From assembly GCA_046045965.1 (NCBI GenBank), contig JBJOKS010000048.1:1-21856 (forward strand): a stretch of DNA of 21,856 bases, in the 5' to 3' direction. Made by a program: the position numbers and the translations under genes. The notes below the pieces were generated by a model, which worked only from the letters and a program-made list of their open reading frames with translations, was not told the DNA's origin and ran no database searches. Numbering within the stretch: position 1 is the first letter of the stretch; each line of letters starts with the position of its first letter. Origin of the DNA: Cyanobacteriota bacterium. GTDB lineage: Bacteria; Cyanobacteriota; Cyanobacteriia; Cyanobacteriales; Nostocaceae. Shown here piece after piece: positions 8,699 to 18,566 of the stretch.

Positions 8699-8767
8699 AA
8701 ACCCACTCCTGAAGCACTGGAAAGAGGAGAAGTTAAATCTTGATTAATTCTCTATCAGAGTGGGTTT
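8699..8767. terminator. Long stem-loop downstream of cysA
   Basis: AAACCCACTC (8699-8708) / GAGTGGGTTT (8758-8767) with an inner GAGAAGTTAA/TTAATTCTC stem; 15 nt past the cysA stop. Confidence 0.5.
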
Positions 8768-8782
8768 GGGGCTAAATTCGTT

Positions 8783-9799
8783 CTAAATGGAATAATATAG
8801 GGGGAACGATTTAGCATCTTTGGGCTTGACATAGACGCGCTCTTGTGGCTCTAATTTTAATTCATCAAAGCGATCGCGTGTTAAATGGGCAGTAAAGGTT
8901 TGTCCATCATCCAACTTGAGCTCTACTTGAATTTCCCAACCCAAATGAATCACGCGATTGACTGTAGCCGGTGCTGTTGTCCCATTAGCAGTTCTTTCTA
9001 CAATCACATCTTGGGGACGCAAGAATACTTCTGGGTTAGCTGAGTCGAAACCGCTGCTTTGGAAAATCTTGGCAGAACTTGGTAAAATGTTCACTGGTCC
9101 AATAAAACTCATGACAAAGGCTGATGCGGGATGATCATATATTTCTGCGGGTGTTCCTACTTGTTCCACCTTGCCTTTATTCATCACCACAATTTCATCA
9201 GACACTTCCATTGCTTCTTCTTGGTCGTGAGTTACGAATACGGTGGTAACGTGAACTTCGTCATGGAGACGACGCAACCAGGCACGTAGGTCTTTACGAA
9301 CTTTAGCATCTAATGCGCCAAATGGTTCATCTAGTAACAATACGTTAGGTTCTACGGCCAAAGCTCTAGCTAAAGCTACTCTTTGTCTTTGTCCTCCTGA
9401 AAGTTGGGAGGGATAGCGATCGCCTAACCCACTCAATTGCACTAATTCCAGTAATTGGTCTACTTTACCCTTAATTTTCTTTTTCGGCGCTTTGCGAATT
9501 TCTAAGCCAAAGGCGATATTTTGCCGCACAGTCAAATGCTTAAATAAAGCATAGTGCTGAAACACAAAACCAATATTTCGCTCTTGTACACTTTGATATG
9601 TAGCATCTTTCCCAGTTAGAAGGATTTTACCGCTATCTGGCATTTCCAAACCCGATATTAACCGCAGCAGGGTAGATTTACCAGAACCGGATGGTCCGAG
9701 TAAAGCAACCAGTGAACCACTCTTTATTTCTACACTCACCTGATCAACAGCTTGGAAACTGCCAAAGTGTTTAGACACATTTTCAACTACTATGCCCAC
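8783..9799 (-). CDS. cysA: Sulfate/thiosulfate ABC transporter ATP-binding protein
   Basis: Walker [63 protein letters not shown]-terminal TOBE-like region; GTG start with GAGG SD. Confidence 0.95.
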   Translation of the reverse strand: MGIVVENVSKHFGSFQAVDQVSVEIKSGSLVALLGPSGSGKSTLLRLISGLEMPDSGKILLTGKDATYQSVQERNIGFVFQHYALFKHLTVRQNIAFGLEIRKAPKKKIKGKVDQLLELVQLSGLGDRYPSQLSGGQRQRVALARALAVEPNVLLLDEPFGALDAKVRKDLRAWLRRLHDEVHVTTVFVTHDQEEAMEVSDEIVVMNKGKVEQVGTPAEIYDHPASAFVMSFIGPVNILPSSAKIFQSSGFDSANPEVFLRPQDVIVERTANGTTAPATVNRVIHLGWEIQVELKLDDGQTFTAHLTRDRFDELKLEPQERVYVKPKDAKSFPLYYSI

Positions 9800-9893
9800 T
9801 GGTTTTATACCTCTACGATTAATCTACGGTTTATGGGTAGGATTACTGTATTTTTATTTATATCACATTTTAAATTCATTTAATTACATAAAA

Positions 9894-10358
9894 TTACCAA
9901 CTGCAACCCCCGCAATCAGCACCACTACAGTCTAAGGAACCACAGTCAGGAGTCATATTCAGTAGTTCTGGACAATCACAACTCAGTTCAGCACAATTAA
10001 TTCCTACATCCACAAAATCAATACTATCCTGGCAAGATGATTGAGGACTAATTGGCTCTTGTTTGTTTTTTTGCTCATTTTCATCTGTTTGGGTTGGTGG
10101 TTCTAATTCCTCCGCTTGGGATTTGAGGATCAGATTTGCTTGTTGACAGCTTTGAAATCGGAAACGGGACTTAACAAAGGCAGATTTTAAGCCTTCTTCG
10201 GCAATTACCCGTTTAATATACTGGGAACAAGATTCACCACCATACAAGACTCGGTGAGCGCAAGTAAAGCCTTTGTGGGGGGAAATATGTTTTTGATATC
10301 CAGTAATTGCCAAAACACCAACTTTTCTAGCAACAGAATCCCATAAATAAACTTGCAT
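9894..10358 (-). CDS. YidD-like (membrane protein insertion efficiency factor family) protein with a Cys/Asp-rich C-terminal tail
   Basis: AITGYQKHISPHKGFTCAHRVLYGGESCSQY matches the YidD-type YQ..ISP...C....SCS.Y pattern. Confidence 0.8.
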   Translation of the reverse strand: MQVYLWDSVARKVGVLAITGYQKHISPHKGFTCAHRVLYGGESCSQYIKRVIAEEGLKSAFVKSRFRFQSCQQANLILKSQAEELEPPTQTDENEQKNKQEPISPQSSCQDSIDFVDVGINCAELSCDCPELLNMTPDCGSLDCSGADCGGCSW

Positions 10359-10571
10359 ATTTTGTCAGGTGTCTATGATATTAGTATTTCTTGTAGTGAT
10401 CATTGACTAATATCTACTAATAAATCCTGATCTACCCTTTTTCACGTCAGTTTTGATGTAGAAATGTTAAGGAATATTGCAATTCTGTCAAAACCTTGAG
10501 CTTAAGCGCAATCTCAACCGAAAGTCCATGATACGATCCTTTCGGTAAATGTAAAGATTGGGAGTAAACCT

Positions 10572-11792
10572 TTGACATTACGGGTTGCTGTTGTGGGTTC
10601 GGGCCCAGCCGGTTCATGTGCTGCTGAGACATTAGCAAAAGCCGGGATAGAAACATATTTATTTGAGCGCAAGCTAGATAACGCCAAACCCTGCGGGGGT
10701 GCTATTCCTCTGTGTATGGTGAGTGAATTTGAGCTACCTCCAGAAATCATTGACCGTCAAGTACGGAAAATGAAAATGATTTCTCCCTCTAATCGTGAGG
10801 TAGATATCAATCTGGTAAATGAAGAAGAATATATAGGAATGTGCCGTCGTGAGGTTCTGGATGGTTTTCTCCGTAACCGAGCGGCTAAACTAGGCGCAAA
10901 CTTAATTAACGGTACTGTTCAAAAACTTGATATACCCACCAATAACAATGATCCCTATACAATTCATTATTTTGATCATGCAGTAGGTGGCGCTCAGGGT
11001 GAAGCTAAAACCCTGAAGGTAGATTTAGTTATTGGTGCTGATGGTGCTAATTCCCGCATTGCTAAGGAAATGGATGCTGGGGATTACAATTATGCGATCG
11101 CTTTCCAAGAAAGGATTCGCATTCCTGAAGACAAAATGGCCTACTATCATGACTTAGCGGAAATGTATGTAGGTGATGATGTTTCTACTGACTTCTACGC
11201 TTGGGTATTCCCCAAATACGATCACGTAGCGGTTGGTACTGGCACAATGCACGTCAACCAACGAGACATCAAGAAATTACAAGCTGGTATTCGCGCCCGT
11301 GCTGCGGAAAAATTAGCTGGCGGTAAAATCATCAAGGTAGAAGCTCACCCCATTCCTGAACATCCCCGTCCTCGTCGTGTAGTTGGACGCATCGCTTTGG
11401 TCGGTGATGCTGCTGGTTATGTTACCAAGTCTTCTGGTGAAGGTATTTATTTTGCAGCGAAGTCTGGACGGATGTGTGCAGAAACCATCGTTGAGATGTC
11501 TAACAATGGTGCGCGTATTCCTACAGAAAAAGAACTGAAACAGTACATCAGACGTTGGGATAAGAAATACGGACTCACTTACAAGGTGTTGGATATTCTC
11601 CAAACTGTGTTCTACCGTTCTGATGCTACTAGAGAAGCATTTGTAGAAATGTGTGATGACATGGATGTACAACGGCTAACTTTTGATAGCTATTTGTATA
11701 AAACTGTGGTTCCAGCTAACCCCATCACTCAACTCAAAATTACTGCCAAAACTATTGCTAGTTTGTTGCGTGGTAATGCTCTTGCTCCTTAA
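10572..11792 (+). CDS. chlP: Geranylgeranyl reductase
   Basis: VAVVGSGPAGS FAD motif, KPCGGAIPLCMV, GDAAGYVTKSSGEGIYFAAKSGRMCA; TTG start with GGAG SD. Confidence 0.97.
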   Translation: MTLRVAVVGSGPAGSCAAETLAKAGIETYLFERKLDNAKPCGGAIPLCMVSEFELPPEIIDRQVRKMKMISPSNREVDINLVNEEEYIGMCRREVLDGFLRNRAAKLGANLINGTVQKLDIPTNNNDPYTIHYFDHAVGGAQGEAKTLKVDLVIGADGANSRIAKEMDAGDYNYAIAFQERIRIPEDKMAYYHDLAEMYVGDDVSTDFYAWVFPKYDHVAVGTGTMHVNQRDIKKLQAGIRARAAEKLAGGKIIKVEAHPIPEHPRPRRVVGRIALVGDAAGYVTKSSGEGIYFAAKSGRMCAETIVEMSNNGARIPTEKELKQYIRRWDKKYGLTYKVLDILQTVFYRSDATREAFVEMCDDMDVQRLTFDSYLYKTVVPANPITQLKITAKTIASLLRGNALAP

Positions 11793-11864
11793 TTTTAGGT
11801 GATAGGTGACAGGGGAAGAAAAATTAGGTTTTTATTCTCCTGAAATCTGGATATCCTGACTGCT

Positions 11865-11893
11865 GTGGGGGTTTAGCATTGCTCAACCCCTAC
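11865..11893. repeat. Short palindromic dispersed repeat / hairpin
   Basis: GTGGGGGTTTAGC-ATT-GCTCAACCCCTAC imperfect palindrome between convergent chlP and vapC; resembles Nostocales REP-like small dispersed repeats. Confidence 0.6.
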
Positions 11894-11940
11894 CTATTGA
11901 TAATGTCACGCATTTCAAAATAACGCACCGACTATACAAA

Positions 11941-12345
11941 CTACTGACTCCAATCTTCAATTTCCAACCCTTCAATTTTCTGAAAATGTTTAAGATTATT
12001 ACTCACAAGAATTAAATTGTTAGCTATAGCAATTCCAGCTATCAGAATATCAATATCATCAACAGGTGTTCCCTTTTTTCTTAAATTGGCATAAATATCA
12101 GCAGAAATTGTTGTAGACTTTGTAGTTAATGGTAAAACTGTATGGTATGAGACGAAGTTCAAGAATAATGTTAATTGTTTTTGGGCATCACGATGTTTTA
12201 AGCCACTGACAATTTCATAATAAGTAATGATGCTAATATTAATTTGAGAATGAACTTTTAAATATGACTGGAAATTCTCAACTACCAGACTGTTATTGCG
12301 GAAAAAGAATGATAGGATATTCGTATCAATCAAAGCTGGTTTCAT
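11941..12345 (-). CDS. vapC: VapC-family PIN-domain toxin (type II TA)
   Basis: ALIDTNILS...ISIITYYEI...DDIDILIAGIA...LILVSNNLKHF.KIEGL.IEDW; start set at ATG 12345 (GGAG SD) rather than the track's 12363. Confidence 0.92.
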   Translation of the reverse strand: MKPALIDTNILSFFFRNNSLVVENFQSYLKVHSQINISIITYYEIVSGLKHRDAQKQLTLFLNFVSYHTVLPLTTKSTTISADIYANLRKKGTPVDDIDILIAGIAIANNLILVSNNLKHFQKIEGLEIEDWSQ

Positions 12346-12589
12346 CACTTCTCCTCTCCACAAATGCCTGTTGACGACGAGTGTTTATTTCATCATTGAA
12401 ATCAGCAAACATTTCATCTGACATATCATTCCAACACCCTGCAAACTTCATAGTTTGCTGTATATAAGTTGTTGATATTTCTCCATCTACTCGAAAATAA
12501 TGAATAATGTTATATAATTCCTCTAATTTATCTTCTGGGATGAGATTGATTTCTGTGATCACTTTTGTGCGGATGTTGGTTAAATCCAT
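12326..12589 (-). CDS. Putative cognate antitoxin (87 aa)
   Basis: Small acidic ORF immediately upstream of and overlapping the PIN toxin by 20 nt; IPEDKLEELYNIIHYF and FAGCW motifs. Confidence 0.75.
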   Translation of the reverse strand: MDLTNIRTKVITEINLIPEDKLEELYNIIHYFRVDGEISTTYIQQTMKFAGCWNDMSDEMFADFNDEINTRRQQAFVERRSDETSFD

Positions 12590-12626
12590 ACAAGGACTAA
12601 ATTTCCATTAATTGACTGATATACTA

Positions 12627-12632
12627 ATTATA
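12627..12632 (-). promoter_or_regulatory. Candidate -10 box (TATAAT) of the TA operon
   Basis: Perfect TATAAT on the minus strand ~38 nt upstream of the antitoxin start; no clear -35. Confidence 0.45.
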
Positions 12633-12792
12633 ACCGTCTTGCTAATATATTTGCGATCGCTCTCTTTCCACTTCATACCCCTCACATACCACTTTTCGTT
12701 CAGTCTGTCAACCGCAAAAATCTACTCTTTATTTCATCCCCTCATTTTCAGTTCACCTCACCCCGAAAATTTGTTGAAGACAGAGGTTGTTT

Positions 12793-12810
12793 TTTGTAAA
12801 GTTTTGTAAA
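12793..12810 (-). promoter_or_regulatory. HLR1-type (RpaB) direct repeat
   Basis: Minus strand TTTACAAA-AC-TTTACAAA fits (G/T)TTACA(T/A)(T/A)-N2-(G/T)TTACA(T/A)(T/A) exactly. Confidence 0.6.
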
Positions 12811-13159
12811 CTGATTTTGATTCTAATTTCTCAAACTCAGATATATCAAGAGTGTTAATATTAAGTTTTATCAAAATTGCAAAATTGCATATAACAACCC
12901 AATTATGAAATTTGAGAAAATGATAGCAGAAGGCTGAAAGTATTGCAAGTCCGTAAGTAAATAAAAAAGATTCTCAATAAAATTTTAAGAAATGTTAAGA
13001 GAAAATCCCGTTAAGTTAGGAATATCAAATCTAAAATCACTATATTCATAAAACAGAATTATCATTCATCTCAAAATCAGCATTTAAACGAGAAGGAATA
13101 ACACTCATTAGTAAAGGTTAAGATTTGATTTTATCTACCTAAATATTACATGATTAGTT

Positions 13160-13199
13160 TTACCAATTACCAATTACCCATTACCAATTACCCATTACC
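13160..13199. repeat. STRR array (TTACCAA/TTACCCA) overlapping the cobS 3' end
   Basis: Tandem 7-mers that include the cobS stop codon. Confidence 0.85.
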
Positions 13200-13979
13200 T
13201 AAAACAGTCATCACACACAAAAACAAAGCTTCAGTCCATTCAACCACAGCACCATAGGTATCTCCAGTGTGTCCACCGAGTTTATAGTTAAACCAAGCTG
13301 CGGTTAGAAGAGCGATCGCACTGCCTCCCAAAATCATAAATATAGATAACAATAGATTTTGCTGATTAACAACCCAAACTAAGATACTCAAACCCAACAA
13401 CAAAAACCAACTTGGTAAAATATCTGCATAAGAACGAATTGCCTCTTTATGAAAAGCACCTTTACCAGTGGGTTTAAGATAGGGATATCGCAAAATCGCC
13501 ACCTGTTGTCCCCAACGTCCCCAACCACAGGCAGCCATTAAGATTAAATAACGATTTTCCGAAATATCCATCAAAGCTGCGGTTTTCAATAACAAAATAG
13601 CGATCGCTGACATTGCCCCAAAAGCACCAGTAGCACTATCAGCCATTACCTGTAACCGCTTTTCAGGATCACCCACTGCTAAACCATCAGCAGTATCCAT
13701 TGCACCATCTAAATGTAAACCACCCGTAATTGCGATCCAGGTGACAACTACTAAAACAGTCCGAGTTAATACGGGGATGTGTAAGTAATTAAAAGTGATA
13801 TCTAACAAACCTAACATTCCGCCAATCATCAGACCCAAAGCCGGAGCAAAAATAGCAACATTGCTAAAATCTAAGCGTGAGATATAAGGTAGGGGGATAG
13901 ATGTGTAAAATATAATAGAGGCTATTACCTGTAATAATTTATTTTGGCAAACTTGCCATAGTTGCAAAATGTATCCCAT
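13188..13979 (-). CDS. cobS: Adenosylcobinamide-GDP ribazoletransferase (cobalamin synthase)
   Basis: [44 protein letters not shown]; multiple TM segments. Confidence 0.95.
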   Translation of the reverse strand: MGYILQLWQVCQNKLLQVIASIIFYTSIPLPYISRLDFSNVAIFAPALGLMIGGMLGLLDITFNYLHIPVLTRTVLVVVTWIAITGGLHLDGAMDTADGLAVGDPEKRLQVMADSATGAFGAMSAIAILLLKTAALMDISENRYLILMAACGWGRWGQQVAILRYPYLKPTGKGAFHKEAIRSYADILPSWFLLLGLSILVWVVNQQNLLLSIFMILGGSAIALLTAAWFNYKLGGHTGDTYGAVVEWTEALFLCVMTVLGNG

Positions 13980-14169
13980 AGCGAAAACTCAACTTCAGAT
14001 GGGGAATAAAAACTCACTGTAAAAAGTTATAGGAAATTGAGTAGTTTTCATGGACGATCGCCATACAAAGTTGATATTTTGGAAATGTAGGGTTTTGTCC
14101 AGTCAAAAAGCTAGGCAATTGACTTTTCATTTGTGTTGTCACTCACCTTCCCTAAATCGCTATTTCTCT

Positions 14170-14622
14170 ATGAGTTATCATCTACCCAACACCAGGATAC
14201 CAGCCCCGTGTATTGTGAACACCGGCGTAATTGTGAATAAGCTCGACATCCGCAGACTTTTGACTGATTTAGGTCGTGTCCACTACATCTACACGCAAGA
14301 GAATAAGCTATTAAGCGAGGGTGATGGGGATGTGATGGAAGTATTTGCCCATCCGCAAAGGTCTACAATAGTCGCTAACAATGCTCTGTATTTGAATATA
14401 TATAGTTTTGACTATCTGGAATTAAAACAATCGCCCCAACAGGAAACATACTTTGATTTAATCCAAGAAGAGTTTTGTCTGCGTCTGGTTCCTCTCTCTA
14501 CACCTTTACAAGAACGATGCGATCGCCAATTTAATACGGGAGCTATAGAAGCTATGATGGATCAGGTGCTATCAGCTAGATGGGATGCAGAAATCGACGA
14601 TGATTGCTCTGATTGTTTTTGA
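14170..14622 (+). CDS. Conserved cyanobacterial hypothetical protein (~150 aa)
   Basis: Well-formed ORF from ATG 14170 (MSYHLPNTRIPAPCIVNTGVIVNKLD...); the track's upstream extension from 14050 looks non-coding. Confidence 0.75.
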   Translation: MSYHLPNTRIPAPCIVNTGVIVNKLDIRRLLTDLGRVHYIYTQENKLLSEGDGDVMEVFAHPQRSTIVANNALYLNIYSFDYLELKQSPQQETYFDLIQEEFCLRLVPLSTPLQERCDRQFNTGAIEAMMDQVLSARWDAEIDDDCSDCF

Positions 14623-14689
14623 CCTAAAAATAATATACCCATTAGGACTGTAATATATAGCAGGGTCTCACCCCTAATTTTTGGGATGA

Positions 14690-16112
<1,423 letters not shown>

Positions 16113-16174
16113 AATCATGTTAAGATACTTCTCAATTATGAAAGCTGTGTTGGATTAGTTGGATTTAAACAAAC

Positions 16175-16312
16175 ATGGAAGCCGCACTGTTATTAGCAAA
16201 ACTGCCTGAAGCTTACCAAATCTTCGACCCCTTGGTAGATGTACTCCCAGTAATTCCTGTATTCTTCTTGTTGCTTGCTTTCGTTTGGCAAGCTGCTGTT
16301 GGTTTCAGGTAA
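16175..16312 (+). CDS. psbK: Photosystem II reaction centre protein PsbK (45 aa)
   Basis: Manual translation [45 protein letters not shown]. Confidence 0.97.
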
Positions 16313-16337
16313 ATTAATCTGGTATCAATTTTTTTGT

Positions 16338-16369
16338 GGACAGGTAATTTACACCTGTCCTAATTTTTT
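16338..16369 (+). terminator. Intrinsic terminator after psbK
   Basis: GGACAGGT-aatttac-ACCTGTCC followed by TAATTTTTT. Confidence 0.7.
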
Positions 16370-16501
16370 GTAACATTATCTTTTATAAACTTTGTATATC
16401 TTAATATTTTGCAATAACTTCATTAAGTTAAGTAAAATAATGTAACGAGCTTGACCAATAAGAAGTTAAAAGCCACACTTACACTCAGAGAGGCATCAGC
16501 T

Positions 16502-16798
16502 ATGGGAAACATTAAATTTGTCAAAGAGAATAAAGAAGTAGTAGCGGCCAATGGTGCCAACCTCCGACTCAAAGCAGTAGAGAATGGGATTGATATCTAT
16601 AAATTCTGGGGAAAAATGACAAACTGCGGTGGTGCTGGACAGTGTACTACTTGTATTGTTGAAGTAGTCGAAGGGCTGGAAAACCTCTCACCCCGTACCA
16701 ATGTAGAAAACCGCAAATTTAAGAACAAACCAGATAACTATCGTCTTGCTTGCCAAACCCTAGTTAACGGACCTGTCAGCATCATTACCCAGCCTTAA
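16502..16798 (+). CDS. 2Fe-2S ferredoxin-like protein (98 aa)
   Basis: [11 protein letters not shown]...RLACQT; start at ATG 16502 with GAGG SD. Confidence 0.9.
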   Translation: MGNIKFVKENKEVVAANGANLRLKAVENGIDIYKFWGKMTNCGGAGQCTTCIVEVVEGLENLSPRTNVENRKFKNKPDNYRLACQTLVNGPVSIITQP

Positions 16799-16907
16799 GT
16801 GACTACTGACTAATGACCAAAACAGAAAATTTGAGATAACTCTGTCATTGATGATGCTATTCTGGAATTGTTGACTGAAAATCAATTTAAAGAGAGGCTA
16901 TCTTGCC

Positions 16908-17021
16908 ATGCAAGTTAATGACCTGGGGTTTGTAGCAAGCATTTTGTTTGTGCTTGTTCCCGCCGTGTTTTTAATAATTCTTTACATCCAAACTGCCAGC
17001 CGAGAAGGTGGAAAAAACTAA
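16908..17021 (+). CDS. psbM: Photosystem II reaction centre protein PsbM (37 aa)
   Basis: Manual translation [37 protein letters not shown]. Confidence 0.96.
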   Translation: MQVNDLGFVASILFVLVPAVFLIILYIQTASREGGKN

Positions 17022-17039
17022 CAGTTTGGTGATTCTATG

Positions 17040-17132
17040 TTGGATTTTGGATTTTGGATTATATTTAACCAAATTAATCTAAAATCTAAAATCTCAAATC
17101 TCAAATTTTCGTCCCCAGTCCCCAAATCCAAA
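17040..17132. repeat. Inverted STRR pair (GATTTTG / AATCTAA) between convergent psbM and usp
   Basis: TTGGATTTTGGATTTTGGATT ... AATCTAAAATCTAAAATC. Confidence 0.85.
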
Positions 17133-17133
17133 T

Positions 17134-17985
17134 TTATGCAACAGTTCGTGCTAACAATACGGGACAACTGGCATTTACACGCACATAGTCAGACAAAGAA
17201 GCACCGACGAGCCGGTCTAAATCAACAAAACTCTTAGCAATAGATGGACGACGGTCTGGAGAACCTAGCAACAACAAGTCAATATTCAGTTCTTCAGATA
17301 GACGGCAAATTTCTTCCCCAGGTCTACCACTGCTAGCCACACAACGCACAGGAATACCTTGTTTTTCAGATTCTGCAACAGCATTTCCCAAAACTGAATT
17401 TTTTTCTGGCTTAATATCTGTAATTCCTGATAATTTTCCACCTAAATCTGTATTGATATTAGCCAATATTAACTGACCGCCTGTAACACCTCTGAGCAAA
17501 AATAAAGCTAAATTCAAGCAATTTTTAGCTGCATCAGAGTTATCCATCGCCACCATAATGCGCTTAATTCTTTTGACATATATGTCATCTTTAACCAGCA
17601 ACATGGGACGAGAAGACAACTGGAAAACATACTGACTGACAGAGTTAGCTAAAATAGATTGCAGGCGCTTTAGTCCTCGTGAACCCATAACGATCAAGTC
17701 AGCATCCATCTCTTCAGCCACTTGACAAACCACATCTTTGGGATCACCTTGTCTCAAAATAGAAGAAACACGGCTAGGATCTAAATCTAAAGACTGAATT
17801 GCATTAGCTAGAATTTTACCACCTTCTTCCCATTTATCTGTCATTGCAGCCGCAGTGCTTTGTGGGGGTACAACGTGCAGAACTGTAACTTTTGCAGATT
17901 GAATAGATGGCATTTCTTTCAATGTCTTCATCATTTCTTCTGCGTGTCCTAGTCCAGAGACAGCCAGCAAAATTTTTTGTATCAT
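17134..17985 (-). CDS. Tandem-domain universal stress protein
   Basis: Two USP domains (KILLAVSG...GDPKDVVCQVAEEMDADLIVMGSRG...SVSQYV...PMLLV; RIMVAMD...GRPGEEIC...SLSDYVRVNASCPVLL). Confidence 0.92.
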   Translation of the reverse strand: MIQKILLAVSGLGHAEEMMKTLKEMPSIQSAKVTVLHVVPPQSTAAAMTDKWEEGGKILANAIQSLDLDPSRVSSILRQGDPKDVVCQVAEEMDADLIVMGSRGLKRLQSILANSVSQYVFQLSSRPMLLVKDDIYVKRIKRIMVAMDNSDAAKNCLNLALFLLRGVTGGQLILANINTDLGGKLSGITDIKPEKNSVLGNAVAESEKQGIPVRCVASSGRPGEEICRLSEELNIDLLLLGSPDRRPSIAKSFVDLDRLVGASLSDYVRVNASCPVLLARTVA

Positions 17986-18481
17986 CGTCCGTAATTGTTC
18001 TTAAGGTTTATTTGGGTTTCGCTGCTAGTACCGAGCATCAGAACTGATGTTCTCAACTTCTCTCAAAAACCTAGTCAGTAAATAGGCACAAATTAATACA
18101 AATTAATATTAGTGATCAGTCATTAGTTATGAGTCTTCAGTTATTACCACCAAAAACCAACCAATGAGCAGAAAACTAATAAAATTTTAAGTTTCTTTGC
18201 GCTTCGTTACTTAAAATTGCAACTAGGCTTTCGATAAATTCAGCATACTCTCAATTTAGCCTAATAAACTTTACGAAATATGATGTTATTTATTATTTTT
18301 AATCTATATTAATCTTTGTTAATTAGATATTAGTAAAGAAATACAACAAAAATTAAATTCTGATGATCTCAATCATCCATAATGCCGTAGATAGATACCA
18401 TAGTTTTTGAATTAAAATTGTTATTTTTTGTAAGTATTCAACAGACATATCAACCATAAAAGAAGGAGGCAGGAGTTCTTA

Positions 18482-18530
18482 ATTTTGGATTTTGGATTGT
18501 TTTTGTCAAATCCAATCTAAAATCTAAAAT
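18482..18530. repeat. Inverted STRR pair (ATTTTGG / AATCTAA) downstream of prlC
   Basis: ATTTTGGATTTTGGATT ... AATCCAATCTAAAATCTAAAAT can fold into a hairpin ~35 nt after the stop. Confidence 0.75.
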
Positions 18531-18566
18531 GTTCCTCCCCATCTCCCCAACTTGCATCTGCTAATT

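Noticed and set aside
3954..11672. Track ORFs 3954..4160, 5088..5315, 8019..8201, 10447..10656, 10514..10750, 11313..11672
   Set aside because: Antisense to well-supported genes (ycf19, accC, WD40, chlP)
12683..12711. Canonical sigma70 promoter TTGACA-N17-TATGTG on the minus strand
   Set aside because: The -10 lacks the conserved final T, and a better TATAAT lies closer to the antitoxin gene
12612..12809. 65-aa plus-strand ORF in the spacer
   Set aside because: TTG start, low-complexity composition, overlaps promoter-like motifs, no recognisable homology
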